64,000 nt of DNA from Lama guanicoe (lineage: Eukaryota), in the NCBI GenBank assembly GCA_013239625.1, contig MU053810.1:2119518-2183517 (forward strand). Direction: 5' to 3'. Made by a program: the position numbers and the translations under genes. Positions 1 through 12,875 of the stretch are shown here, in pieces; the stretch's first letter is position 1, and the number at the start of each line of letters is the position of its first letter. Below the pieces are notes generated by a model. That model was given only the letters and a program-made list of their open reading frames with translations. It was not told where the DNA came from and searched no databases.

Positions 1-611
1 CTAAAACTTCCCTCTTTGAACTAGACCTCTGATCCTGAGCACACTTATTCTACCCTGCCAGGAAGGCCCTGCCGCACAAAATCCACCCCAAGTTTGTATT
101 AATTCTTCTGGATCTGATGCAAATGTTACTTTCTCCAAAGATCTTCCTGCCTCTCACTGGCACAGCCTCTCCTTCTCTGCATTTCCCCGGCACTTTGAGG
201 AAGGAATGATTAGTTCACATTAAATGAGATTGCGTGTAAAGAACTCAAGCAGAGCAAACACTCAGTAAATGTTACTTATTGTTATAGCACTTAATGGGCA
301 TTCTTTATTTATTCCTACAGCTGTTTCTCCTCCAGACCCTGAGAATACTCACAGCCCCTAACCCTGAGGTGTGTCTCACACCTCTCTGAATTCCCTCAAG
401 AACAGAGTAGGCATTCGATACCAGGTCCTTTCATAGGCAAAGCACTCAGTGTAATGCTAGCCCCCAACACAAGGCTGTGTGAAATCTCAGCTCCGTCTTG
501 CATCCGCCTGCCAGGAACTGGCCCTCCTACAATGGCATTCGTTGTCATGGGACTTCACATGTGTAAGTGTCACGCTCACTGAAAACAATACTTAAAGGAA
601 CATGATCACAC

Positions 612-704
612 ATTGCTGAGGTTCTTCTGGTTCTCCTTAACTCTCTTCAGCTCTGGTGGATCGGAAATGGCTGTTGCCTGTTTCATCTCTTCCTTGTATT
701 TCAC
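612..704 (-). CDS. NEBL: NEBL exon 19 (93 nt): VKYKEEMKQATAISDPPELKRVKENQKNLSN
   Basis: CAG acceptor, AAT|GTGTGA donor. Confidence 0.94.
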
Positions 705-1360
705 CTGCATAATTTATAATAAACAAAAATGTGAGTTTTATTCAACATAAGGCTTAAAAAATCGTTAAGAATTCACTGTTTGTAACTGTTGCATAGTTGA
801 CTTTTTTTAGTTCCAGTATTAATTTTCCTTCAATGGGAACGCAGATTTTTATCCCATCTGATGCTTTCAGGATTCCTTTATCGTAAAGCACAAATAAATG
901 CAGATCTATTCACCTATCTGTCACTGAAGTTTTTCAATTAAAATAACATAGATTGCCTATAAAAATAAATTTTATCAACAGGCTGCTGCACCAAAAACCT
1001 CAGGAATTATCTGCCTTTAATAGTTTATTATTTTCTATATGAAAAGCAGTTTCTCTTTATTAACAAATGAGTTAAAATTCACCATGTATTTAAAGGCAAA
1101 CGTCAAACCGAGTTGGCTACAAAGTCTTGGGAACACTGCTTGACTGAGAGTACACAAATAATCCAGAATCAGAAAAAAAAATAAAAGAAGAGAAAGGGGT
1201 GGTGGAGGAAAATGTACTACAGGCAGAGGCCACTGAGCGCTGATCACGACAGAAGGGCCAGAGACAGAAAGTCAGGAAGTGCCTTCTACCCTCACGATCC
1301 TGTTACGTAAACCCGCCTGTATCCTGATACCCACTTCAATCAATCAAAAACTCCAACCTC

Positions 1361-1378
1361 TAACTCATACAATTCAAC

Positions 1379-1429
<51 letters not shown>

Positions 1430-1774
1430 AAAAAAACACAAGCAATCCAGGTTAAAAAAAAAATGGGCAGAGGACCTGAATAAACATTTTTCCAAGGAAG
1501 ACACAGAGATGCCAACAGACACAGGAAAAGATGCTCAGCATCACTAATCATCACAGAAATGCAAATCAAAACCACAATGAGATACCATCTATGCTTATTA
1601 AAATGGCTATTGTCAAAGAGACAAGAAACAAATGTTGATGGGCATGTGGAGAAAAGGAAATCTTCCTGCACTCTTGGACTGAATATAAACTGGTGCAGCC
1701 ACTGTGGAAAACAGTATGGAGGTTCCTCAAAAAATTAAAAATAAAGCTACCATGTGATCCAGGAAAAAAGAAAA
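1361..1774 (+). mobile_element. L1 ORF2 3'-region fragment containing an A47 run
   Basis: AAATGGGCAGAGGACCTGAATAAACATTTTTCCAAGGAAGAC...ATGCAAATCAAAACCACAATGAGATACC...GGTGCAGCCACTGTGGAAAACAGTATGGAGG is typical L1 ORF2 end. Confidence 0.9.
1382..1428 (+). repeat. A47 homopolymer
   Basis: Counted directly. Confidence 0.95.
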
Positions 1775-3119
1775 GTCCCTCCTTCAAGTCTGTTTAGAAG
1801 AAGAGCAACAAGACGGATGGTAATGCCAGCACGTGGTTACACATGGGACAAGAAACAGCTCTTTAAACTTATGAAATCATTAGCAATGTTATCCTCTCAT
1901 GTGGTATTTCAATATGTCTAAAGTCCATGGACGACTGGATTCGAGACACATCTATGCATTTGTATGTATGGAAACATAGGCTAGACATAAGAGGCATATG
2001 CTGAAATCTAGCAAAGACTTAGATCTACACCGAACATGTTTTAGAAATCACTTGGTAACGTTTGAAATGATCAAGGCTGAAATCCACACTGACTGTCATA
2101 AAGAAACGATACCTAAATGTCTTTGCCATCATCTGTGTCTTAGTATCTGTACATTTACTATGAGATATAAGGAACAACGCCAGATGTTTAGTCTAGATCC
2201 AAAACAGTTCAATTGAGAGTACACTGAGACAGGCTACTTCTAAATAAGTTTCAGAAATAGTTCTTAACAGAGAAAGCTCAGAGCTGAAAGGCTTGTACTC
2301 TGGAGGTGGAAAATGTCAAGATCTTCAAATGTTAGAGAATCCTATCTCGGTTTGACAGATCTAGCTAATCTTGAAAGGGCAACTTTCCATTTGAATGCTA
2401 AGCAGGACTTTATAGCCCAACCTCATAGAGATACAGAACTATGCGTTTGTTGTTTGCTGGAAGAGGCAGCGGGATGCCGGCAGAAGAAATGATAAACTGT
2501 ACAACTTTGTGTGGTTTTCCTCGGGTGAGAAGCTAAATATGGTTCAAGATGAACATTTTTGTTTTTCATACGACTCCAAAGTAATCCTAATGGCACAGTC
2601 ATTTCACTGTAGGCAATGGAAACGCAGAGTACAGGACCTGATAACACTGTACCCCAGTACAATGATGGGTATATTCCAAATATTATAGTTTTGAAGTGAA
2701 GGGAAATGACCATTTTACATTGCTCAGCTGAACTAATTTCCCACCAGACTCGACTGTTGTCTGACACACGTGGTGGATCTGAATCCTCATCGGAAGGTCC
2801 CCCTCCTTACGCATTCTTCCGGGGACAGCTTCATTCACGCTCAGAGGTTTTACTGCACTAATGTTCTGCAGATTTTTTTGTAAGTTCACTTTGAAATGTG
2901 TTTTTACCACAGCAGTAACCTCTCTCTCCTACTTGGTCTCCACAAAAGCCAGTACACACACCTTCCACGATGCTGGGTAACTAGCGGGGTTCCTGATGGA
3001 GGAGTTCTACTTGGATGATTAAAGAAAGCTCTGCCTCTAAGGGGGAAGGTGAAGAGAAAGGTCTGGGAAGGAGATTTAAGGAAAGAACCCTTTCGACTTC
3101 CTCAGCAAGAAACTAAATA

Positions 3120-3262
3120 CCGTAGGCCCTCCGTATCCTCAGATGTGGACCCTGTATATACAGAGGGCCAACTTTAAGGGACTTGAGCATCAGCAGATTT
3201 TGGTACATAGCTGGGGAGGGGGGTCCTGGAACCAATCCATCGTGGATACCAAGGGATGACTA
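3120..3262. mobile_element. Internally deleted Tigger/MER2-like DNA transposon
   Basis: Terminal inverted repeats CCGTAGGCCCTCCGTATCC ... GGATACCAAGGGATGACTA, flanked by TA. Confidence 0.75.
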
Positions 3263-3881
3263 TATAGTAACTATTACCAAATATACCTACTGGTAAGGAC
3301 AGTGATTACCCACTGTAAATGTCAAACACTGAATGAAGAAGTTTTTATCATAACATTACACACCTGTTCTGCCCTTCCCCCAAGCTTAGAGGGAACTGCG
3401 GGTGGGGCAAGAGTTATTTTACAAATTATAGTAAAGATGTGTGCTTTTCTTTGCTGAAAGCTGGAAGAGGCAGAAGGCGAGTGAGGACCTTGAACCCTTC
3501 TCTTAAGCCACCAAATAGGGCCTTTAATCATTCTATCAGGGTAAAATTTCTTTCCTCCAAGTTGTGGAGAGGCACTGAAATGTATCCTTTCTCTGAAAAA
3601 TTTAATACAGTTAAAATTCTGTTCAAAAGGATGAAATCTAATCCTAGATCTCATTACTGTACTATTAAAGTGATCTATCTCTTACGCATTACGATACATC
3701 AAGATGAAACACTGCTTCAGGTTCAGGGGGAACAAGGCTACAGTGTCCTTCTGAGCGCTGGACCTTTGATATTTGATGAAATAGTGTTTCAACAAAGTGA
3801 AGGAAAAAAGAAAAAGGCAGCCAGTTTAGTAAAGAAAACACTCACCTAGGGACAGGATAATGAACGCTACGGAGGACTTAC

Positions 3882-3974
3882 TGAGCTAATATTCTGCTGA
3901 TTTTTCTTCACTCGTTCAATCTCTGGAGTGTCTTTCACCGCTGTGCCTGCTCCTACTTCCTTCTTATAAAGCAC
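3882..3974 (-). CDS. NEBL: NEBL exon 18 (93 nt): VLYKKEVGAGTAVKDTPEIERVKKNQQNISS
   Basis: AAG acceptor, TCA|GTAAGT donor; TPEIxRVKxNQxNIS-type module. Confidence 0.96.
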
Positions 3975-5476
3975 CTTTATCAGAAGGGAAGGAACAGGGT
4001 AACTATCAGTTTATTAGAGTTCAAGTCTCAGATCCAATTCTTGCAAAAGAATATTTCTTGGGTTTTAAAGCAATCTGAATACAGCCTCGATTTATGAGTA
4101 CTGATGTTACGTTAATCAATTAAATAATCCATTCTGAGAAGAAAGGCAAACTTTGGTTCTGTTTTCCATAATTTTTAAGTAAACCCCTCCTGCCTGGCCT
4201 ACAGCACACTTAGTACCTTACGTGGCTGTTGATAACTTGCTCTAAGAATATAAAGCAGCAAACTAGAGTTTCTTTCTTCAAATACAAATATATGTCACAT
4301 GTGTATTCGAGAAAAATCAAAGGACATATTATAAGAGCTCACTAAGCAAAACAGCATGAAATTTTAAGCAGCTGCTACGCTCCCAACGAGAGCAAAAATG
4401 TTCTCATTCTCTTCAAAGAACATATCAGCTCTACTGTCAACATCAACATTCATTCAGCTCAGTTTCCTTATCTTCTACTTATTCCTTAGACCTGCCCACA
4501 TCCTTCCACCCCTACCAACATCTACCCCTTTCAAACACAAAGCAAAAGAAAAATCAAAGGGTTCTACAGAAACACAGGATAACTATACGGAAGTCATATG
4601 AGGACAGAATGACTCCCTCTCTGATACTCGGCAAAACGCAGGCCCCAGTAGGGGTTAGGAGAACACATGAGAGATGTCCCCTTGCAAGAGCTAGAAATGT
4701 GGAAGGTGGCAGGATGACAGGAGATGGGGCCACACAGCCTTTCTCCCGCCTCCTCTCCTCCAGCAGAACTTGTCCACTGCTTGGCACAGCCTGCCTGTGA
4801 AGACCTGAGAAGTCCCCAAGCAGCATGCCTTGAGCGTTAGAGCTTGCCGACTTGTTAGAAAGCAGAAAATATTCCAGAAATCTTCAGAAATAATAGAATT
4901 TACAATTTAATAACACATTGGTTTACCTACTTAAATGAGTTAATTCTACATTAAAATATTGGCTGTACCATCGATTTTTATTTTAGAATTCAAGTTCATA
5001 TATCCATTAACTATAAACCCAATATCTTAATTAACGGTACTGATAAAATTCCTATCCCTCAAAATAAAAATATGAAAGTTTAGGAATTGGTTACAAACTA
5101 GTAAATCCCTAGATATATTAGCAAAGCAAATGATCAACAACCAGGAGGGAAATCACTTCATGTGACTATCTTCATCTTCAAGGTAAAAATCTGTGTGAAA
5201 ATTAAGATCTCTTTTCCGGCGTGAAATCTTAAAATTCAGTTTAAAAGAGCTGTTTTTTGTACCAAAGAAGCAAATTTGAATTTGTAATTCTGAAACAATC
5301 ATAATAAATTACAACCTGTAAGAACACTTAGTATCCTTATTGTTTTAAAGAAGTAAAGATACACATTTGACAGAAAACTCAGCAGTGCAGCAAAAAGTCG
5401 GACAATGACGAAAAAAGGGTCTCCTTACAAAACATAACTTCAAAGTGGCAACGGAGAAGAAATAATGGCTACTCAC

Positions 5477-5581
5477 CGCACTAATGTTTTGTTGAGTTGT
5501 CTTAACTCGCTGAATTTCAGGCGTGTCTGCCACAGCAGAATAGTTGGAAAGCATCTTCTCTGCCTCATCTTTATACTTTTT
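5477..5581 (-). CDS. NEBL: NEBL exon 17 (105 nt): KKYKDEAEKMLSNYSAVADTPEIQRVKTTQQNISA
   Basis: TAG acceptor, GCG|GTGAGT donor. Confidence 0.96.
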
Positions 5582-6104
5582 CTAAAAATATAAACAGAAT
5601 GTGAATCTGAAACTCTGTAGGTGTGCATGTACAAGAGAAAGGCAGAGAAAACGGCGCTGTTTTTTCCAACTCTACTGTACCGCGTGGCTCTAATTTATAT
5701 CGTATGATTCAAAGCAGTTGTTGATGGAACAGTAAAAATAGAGAGAATATGCAAACAGAGCGAGCAAACAGTCTCAGAAAGCAGTCACCTCTACTCGGGC
5801 AATGGTTCCCACCCCAGACCTTTCAAAAGCCTTACCCTCCATGGCACCCCTAAGTTTAGAACCTCCTCTCTCATGAGCAGCCCCAGCTCCTGTTCAACAT
5901 AGTCCTGTAGCTCCTACAAGTAACCCGATTCTCTGTGCTCGCTTGTTCTCTGGACCTTTGCTCTGCTTCCTATTTCAGATAAAGATAATGGTTGATTAAG
6001 GGAAATGTATTAGTATTTTTGTAGTTGAGATAAACATCTCAACTTTCTTTCTACTAAATGTACCTCTAGGAGCTCTGATCCTTGCTGGGCAATACCTTCC
6101 ACAA

Positions 6105-6290
6105 GTGCCAGCATTTACACAGTGGTAGGTGTTGTTCAAAATCCTTAACACACGTTAACTCATTTAAATAACCCCACAAGCAGATACTATCACTATCCAC
6201 TCATAGAGATGGTAAACTGAGGCACTAGCTAAGTATCAGAACTAGGACTTAAACCCAGGCACTGTGGTTCCAAAGTCAGAGAAGTGAACT
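6105..6290 (-). mobile_element. MIR SINE
   Basis: AACTCATTTAA...AGATGGTAAACTGAGGCAC...AAACCCAGGCA core in antisense. Confidence 0.7.
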
Positions 6291-7714
6291 ATTAATGACA
6301 TACTGCTGCTGACTGGGAAAGGTTAATTGTTGTCCATGTTGAAATGCACCACAGCATCACTACATCCTCTTAAGTATTCCACTGTACCCAAAATAACTAA
6401 AATTCCTTCCTATCAGATGCACCCTCATGCCACACTCAAAAACTCACCACTGTTAATGCCACCAGCCTCAGGCATCACTTCCTATGGGAAGCTTTTACTC
6501 TGGATATCTTTACTTTCTGGCAAGCTGTATCATAGTTTGTCATACTATATTTGCATGATTATTTAATTGAGTGACTAGCTCATAGCTCCCCAAGGGCAAA
6601 GCCATGTTTACACTGCATGTAAATGGGTGCTCAGAAAGTATTCGCTGCTGAGCTTGGCAACTTTTCTCCACCAACTCAAAGGGCCATATGCATATTTTAA
6701 GTAGTTATCTACGATTTTGGTTCAGCTGATACGGTGAGAGCCAACTTCCCCAAGCTCACATGCCACCATGAGACAATGAGGACGGATGAACACGCACTTC
6801 AGGACCATCCAACTGCTGCATCATTGGAAAAGGCTGAGAGGCAGCCAGCTCCTTTGATCTTGGTTCTGCCATCTTGATTTTGAACCAGCAAATGTTTTAA
6901 CCTCCTTGCTCATGTTTAGCCAGAATTTTGACAAATTTGGTCAAATTTTGTTAAAAATTATTTCTGCACAAACCCCATTAACCAAATTAGGTTCCTTTGT
7001 CACTTTTCTTTAACCATTTTATTTTTTTTCCACTCCCTTTCGCTATTGTTTCTATTGGATTCATTCTTTTCAATGCAAATTTTATAGCAAAGAAATTATT
7101 CACAAGTGAATACTTTTGCCCAAATCAGATTTTATCAATAACTTTCTTCTTCCATTAAATACTTTCTTTTGTGGTCATAATTTCTCTTATATCTAATTTT
7201 CTAGAGGCTAAGTCATAGCTATACTTGGCAAACTAAATATTACCAAGAAAACTTAGTTCTTCACTTAGATTTTAGTTAATACTCAGTTTCATCTTATACC
7301 TTGTGCAGTTTTATTCACTCTTAGTTTTAGTTGGAGCTGAATATTTCAATTAAAGTATTCTTGATGAAATGGATAAAATACAGTTTGCAATTTTTTTCTG
7401 TAGTGTGAGCATTAGAGCCAAGTGCACAACAGAATCAAAAAATGAAAAAGGTGAAAATGTCCTTGGCCTTGGACCCAAAACAGAGGCTCCCACAGGGGCG
7501 CTCCGACACTCAATAATGTCTATTGAACTGAATCTACCCCAGTTGTCCCTGTCACTAATGAAGTAATCAGGTTTGGCCAGTGGTTCCTTTATCACAGAGT
7601 GCACTGACTTTAAACAGAATGCCCTCACAAAGATACCAATCATAGAAACACACACAGCACAAGGTGAGTGGATGCTAGAATGCATTCTTTCGAGAATCTT
7701 CATTCTCTACCAAC

Positions 7715-7825
7715 CTGGCTGTAGATTTCAGATGCTCTCTTGGCTCGAAGCATATCCGGGATATCCATGCTCACTTGCATTCCTTTCCCTTTAATTTCAT
7801 TTTCCAAGTCTTTCTTATAGTCTTT
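7715..7825 (-). CDS. NEBL: NEBL exon 16 (111 nt): KDYKKDLENEIKGKGMQVSMDIPDMLRAKRASEIYSQ
   Basis: TAG acceptor, CAG|GTTGGT donor; 167-nt intron separates it from exon 15. Confidence 0.95.
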
Positions 7826-7992
7826 CTAAAAGAATAGAAAAGCATCTTCAGAGCTTTGCGTAGTCTTCCATAGCAATGGAGATATTTACGTGTTTGACTC
7901 TCAATGCCCACACGTGGAACTACCATTTATACTTTTTCTGTATACAATCCAACGTTGTTTGTTTCAAACTTTGCGTCCCATTAGTTTCTTAC

Positions 7993-8103
7993 CTGGCTGG
8001 CCATTTCAGACGCCTTCTTCGCTCTCTGGATATCAGGAGTGTCTGTGCTCACCAGCATGCCTTTCCCTTTAATTTCAGTCTCCAGGTCTCTTTTATAATC
8101 TTT
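7993..8103 (-). CDS. NEBL: NEBL exon 15 (111 nt): KDYKRDLETEIKGKGMLVSTDTPDIQRAKKASEMASQ
   Basis: CAG acceptor, CAG|GTAAGA donor. Confidence 0.96.
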
Positions 8104-8289
8104 CTGCAGAAAATAAAACCCGCAATTAGAGCTTCACAGTAATCTGAAAATCCGTGTTGAAAAACTTGATTCATTTTTGACATCAAGAGATTGGCTTTTA
8201 GAAACAAGTTGGACCTTTACTTCTTTTATTTCTGTGGAACCACACACATTTGTAATCCAAGAAATGAACACCAAGGAAGAGCACAAGAA

Positions 8290-8850
8290 AGAACCAACCA
8301 TGCAAAGACCAGAGGAAGGGCTTTCAGGAAGACAACAGAGCTGTGCAGAGACCCTAACACTTGTGGAGGTGCAGACTGGAAGCCTGTGAGGCTAGAACAG
8401 AACGAGCAAGGGGAGAAGGGTACAGGATTGAGGATGGGCAGGAGGGGGGCTCTGAACACCAGAGCAAGGGGTATGGTGCCCACGCTGCACAGGACTGGAA
8501 ACCACTGGAGAGTTTTAAGTGGGAGAAATCACACAATTTAATTCTTCAAGGATTGTTCTGGCTGCTGGGTAGAGAACGGATACTGAGAGCTCAATATTGG
8601 AAGCAGAAGTCTGGTTAGGAAGCTATTGCAATGATCCAGGTGACAGAGGTGGTAGCGTGGACTAGGGTGGGTGGGGACAGGCAAATGGACTTAGGAAACC
8701 ATTATGAGGGTAGGGTCAATAAAACTTGCTGACAAGGGGAATCAAAGTGACTTCTTGGATTTCACTGATACCATTTGCTTATAAGAAGGGGATGGAAGAG
8801 GGAAGCAGATCCGGGGGAAATTAAAGGTTCTGGTTTGGGCATGTAATGTA
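8290..8850 (-). mobile_element. L2 LINE fragment
   Basis: Purine-rich antisense L2 motifs GGAAACCACTGGAGAGTTTTAAG, GTTAGGAAGCTATTGCAATGATCCAGG. Confidence 0.7.
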
Positions 8851-10344
8851 AAGTCTCTGTTATAATATATTTATATGTCATTTTCATGTGGTAATGTCTA
8901 CGAGACATCAAAAGGTGCATGGTTGCATATTCACATCCATTTTAAAGAACACCTAATTTTTCTATAGGAATAAGATAGAACTATCTGAAGTAACATGGAA
9001 AGGGGTCCGTAATACTACGTGTGAAAAGCAAGCACAAAGTACATGGTATTCAAGTTTTTAAAGTCTCTGTGTGCACAAGTGTTTATTTGTCTAAATACAC
9101 ATTGAAATAGATCTGGAAGACCCTACAGCAAGTTCGTAACAATGGCTGTCTCTCAGGAGGATGACAGAATTCGGGGTAGAGTCAAAGAAAGTTTTCAACT
9201 GCCTATTCAGTGTGCATCCTCCCCCCCCCATTTTTAAATGGAATTCCAGTTGGTCAAGACTTGTATGCCATCTCTAGCTTCTTTGTCTAAATCAGTTATG
9301 GTCATTCCATTTCCCTGGCCAGTACCTAACCCTGGGGACACAGGCAGATCCCAAAACAGAAGCCACTCCCCTAATCAGCTACCTCTCAACTTCCAGATTT
9401 CATGGGTGGGAGTCAGCTCTAAGCCAGCCCTTCCTAAATGCAAGGGTCACATTATAGCTCTCAGAGTGACCCCACTGAAGCCTCCCCCAACCAGCCTTGA
9501 GGTAAGTGAGCCATACCCCTTAACCCACACCCCAACTTTCTCTTTACATATGTTTCTTTTAAAATCATCTCTTCCCAAATACTCTCTGCTCCAGTGACTC
9601 TTTTGTATTTTCAAAATTTCTGGAGGAGTTCAAGAGGTGCAGAACTAGTGCTGGGGTATTTTTTTTTTTGAAAAAATACACAAGTGATCTGACTCCTACA
9701 ACTTTGTTATTTAATATCTATCATATCATACCATCTAAGACCAAACTGCTAAATTAATATCCTGTCATTGATGAATGACATTAGATGAATGTACATGGTC
9801 ATTCGGGCTATATAACACCTCATCCCAAAATGCTGACTATAGAAATTTCAGCCATGTTGATGAGGTCAACTGAGAACACGCTATCAAGTCACACAGAAAT
9901 GACATCACAGTCATGTTACAGTCTCAAAGTGTGACTTTCAAGTTCTGTTCACAAAGCTGCAAACACACATATGCCAAGCAGCACAGGATCCATCCTTAAA
10001 GAAAACATGGTGTGAAAATATTTATCATAGCCTAAAATTAACATGAAACTTTTTGTATTATGGGATAAAGTAAGAAGAGGTGTGTGTGTGTGTGTTTATT
10101 GTGTATGTTCTATTAAAATGCCTTTTACCAAGTTTTCTTTGATATACTTGAAGTTACTAAGCAAAACAGAAACTAAATTTTTCCAATAAAGGGGATGATG
10201 GATGACTGGGAATGGTTTCCATTCCAAACTGTGAAACTAGTCACAGAACGTTCTGGAAAATTTCACGTACTAATCAGTTTGTTAGTAAGATTTGCTAAGT
10301 TGCAAATTCTGACTTTCAAGGTCGGCATTATTCACTCTACTAAC

Positions 10345-10455
10345 CTCCCTTGCCATCTCAGAAGCTCTTTTGGCGTGCTGGATTCCAAGAGTGTCGGGGC
10401 CGACTTGCATTCCCTTCCCTTTAATTTTTGACTCCAGGTCTTTCTTGTATTCCTT
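10345..10455 (-). CDS. NEBL: NEBL exon 14 (111 nt): KEYKKDLESKIKGKGMQVGPDTLGIQHAKRASEMARE
   Basis: Poly-T tract with CAG acceptor, GAG|GTTAGT donor. Confidence 0.95.
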
Positions 10456-10769
10456 CTGTAAAAAAAAAAAGCAACATTTCACAACATTCAGACATTCAGT
10501 GGACAAACATATATCTATATTCAATGATATCCAAAAAATGGCTAAACCTATTTTTTTTAAAAAACAGAAGTAAAACACGGCTTACTTTGTACTATGAATG
10601 ATCACATAGAACTAAATTTTCTGAACCGCTTAGAACTCTAATCACTATTCTCACCGAGGAAGGGTCTATAAAGCTCTGAAGATTTTTACTATAAACAGGT
10701 AATTGCCAGGTGAGAATCTTCACTGGGGCCTGAAGGACAGGGAGGCAAGTTTAAATGAGCTGATGTTTT

Positions 10770-10945
10770 AGAAAGAAGACAGACTTTGAGGCCAGAGTCC
10801 TTCATGGCTGTGTGACACTGGTAATGGTTTTTTGCATTTCTGGTTTATTCATCTACAAACTGGGGAAAATAACTCCTCCACATGCAGGATCGCCGTGACA
10901 ATCAGCATGTATCTAGCACCCAGCACGGAGTGGGTGTTCAGTGAC
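10770..10945 (+). mobile_element. MIR SINE (GC-shifted)
   Basis: GCTGTGTGAC...TTTATTCATCTACAAACTGGGGAAAATAA core. Confidence 0.6.
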
Positions 10946-11599
10946 GACAGCTCTTCCCGCTCTCTTACTCCTGAATCCACTGCTAAGACCCAGTTTAGTG
11001 CTGCTCCTGCCACCCCTTCCATTTAACGTTATCGGGCTGAACTCTGCTACTGAGAGTTTAAAACACATTTTCCAAGTATTACTGACAAGTGATTTACGAG
11101 ATCTAACTCTGAGTGTGGACGGCATATGTCACCGCAACATTAGTAATTAGTAGAAAATTACTAATGTAGGGAATTGTCGTGACAACATTAGTTACAGATG
11201 TCACAATGGACATCTCCTTTTTTTGCCTGACTGGCACCCATTCCTCCCGCTTCTGGCAAAAAGTTGCACAACTTTCCCTTGAAGAATTACCTCTAACCAC
11301 TCTCAATCCATAAACTTCGGGTGGGTTGATTTCCCTACTCCCCACATCTACTTTTAATCCCACTAAAGTGCTTTTCATGTTTCCTTTAGTTTATTTAAAG
11401 AACATGACGAGCCAAAGGTGAATGTAAATCTTTAAAAACACACATCAACTTAGAATTTTATACTTGAAACACCACTGAACTATCTAGAAAGTGAACTGAA
11501 CTAAGGAGGGACCATGAGAAAGACCCGAGGCCACCGGCACATCGCACTCCCCTGACTCCAGACAGAAGGAGTGGGCCGGGCGTGAGCACCGGGCAGAAG

Positions 11600-11910
11600 A
11601 TGAGCCAGTGAGCGTCAGTCCTTAGACCTGAACTGTGTTCAAAGGAAACAGATGCTCGCTTCCCACTGGGACCGCTGGCCGCAGACGTGAGTCATCCTGT
11701 CTGTAAGAGGAGCCGTCACATAGAAATAGCCTCCCACGAGCAAAATAACAGTGACAATAAAAGAACTGAGGGAGGAAGGAAGAGAGACAGCATGTGAACT
11801 CCAACCCGAAGGAATCGTGACCTTTGGACTTCTCTGCCCTTAAACCAAAACATTTCCTCAGGTGCTTCACCCAGTTTGAGTTGGGTTTCTATCACTTGCC
11901 ACCTGACTGA
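11600..11910 (+). mobile_element. MLT1 (J/K-like) LTR fragment
   Basis: 3' end CCCAGTTTGAGTTGGGTTTCTATCACTTGC typical of old MaLR LTRs. Confidence 0.5.
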
Positions 11911-12489
11911 TGGGGTCACCGTCAACTTCATCACCTTCATCACAGTTTATTAACATATGGGGATAAAGCCTTACATTTTCTTTACTGCTACGGTCAGCTA
12001 GATTCTCCTCAAAGCACAGCGCCATTATCTGCTACCAAAGGGACACCATGACCCAAGGATTAAAGGATGTCAAGCACTCTGGAGGCACTTCATTCTTATA
12101 AATGTCACGTAAAGTGAGCAACGACCACTTCCATTGTATAAGGAGGTTTAAGTGAACTCATTCAGCAGCCAGGCAAGGACGGGGAGGGACCATCTGCTTA
12201 CGCACAGGAGAGCATGTGAACTTCCAAACCGCAGTGACTGACAGGCCATGCTAACACACCTTCCCAATCTACCTTGCATTTGCTTAAAAGACCAAGTTAA
12301 CTCTAATAAACTTATTTTGGTAGGATTTTCTCTGAAACAAGGAAATGGTCATTTTTTTTCTTATACCACACAAAAAGGAGATGGTGAGCATCATTTTTAT
12401 TTTTTAATTCACTGATTGGGAAAAGACTATTAGGACAGAGCTGCTTATAATCTGCTTACAATAAGAAGTTGCGGAACATCATATATATA

Positions 12490-12676
12490 CAGTTGGCCCT
12501 TGAACAATGAGGGGGTTAAGCCTTCTATAGCTTGTAGTCGGCCCTCCATATACAAAGTCCCTCTGCATCCAGAGATTTGACCAACCACGGACCGTGTAGA
12601 GCTGTAGGATGAACTAAGAAAAACGTGTGTAAGATGACCTGCACAGTTCAAACCCATGTTGTTCTAGGGTCAGCTG
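12490..12676. mobile_element. Tigger2a-like non-autonomous DNA transposon
   Basis: TIRs CAGTTGGCCCTTGAACAA and TTGTTCTAGGGTCAGCTG; TA on the left side. Confidence 0.8.
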
Positions 12677-12764
12677 CCAAGTGCACAATCTCTGAGAAAA
12701 AGGCACAGACAAGGAAAGCAGCTGGAAACTCATACATTCTCAGATGTTAAATGAATATACTCAC

Positions 12765-12875
12765 CTCACTGGCCATTTCAGATGCTCTTTTTGCTCTTTG
12801 AATATCAAGAACTTCTGAATTAAGTTCCATTCCTTTCCCCTTTATTTCATTTTCCAAATCCTTTTTATATTCTTT
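12765..12875 (-). CDS. NEBL: NEBL exon 13 (111 nt): KEYKKDLENEIKGKGMELNSEVLDIQRAKRASEMASE
   Basis: TAG acceptor, GAG|GTGAGT donor. Confidence 0.96.

Noticed and set aside
6920..6955. Imperfect hairpin TTTGAC...GTCAAA
   Set aside because: Short and AT-rich; expected by chance
7715..12875. Spaced near-identical repeats suggesting an array such as CRISPR
   Set aside because: They are paralogous spliced coding exons in mammalian DNA
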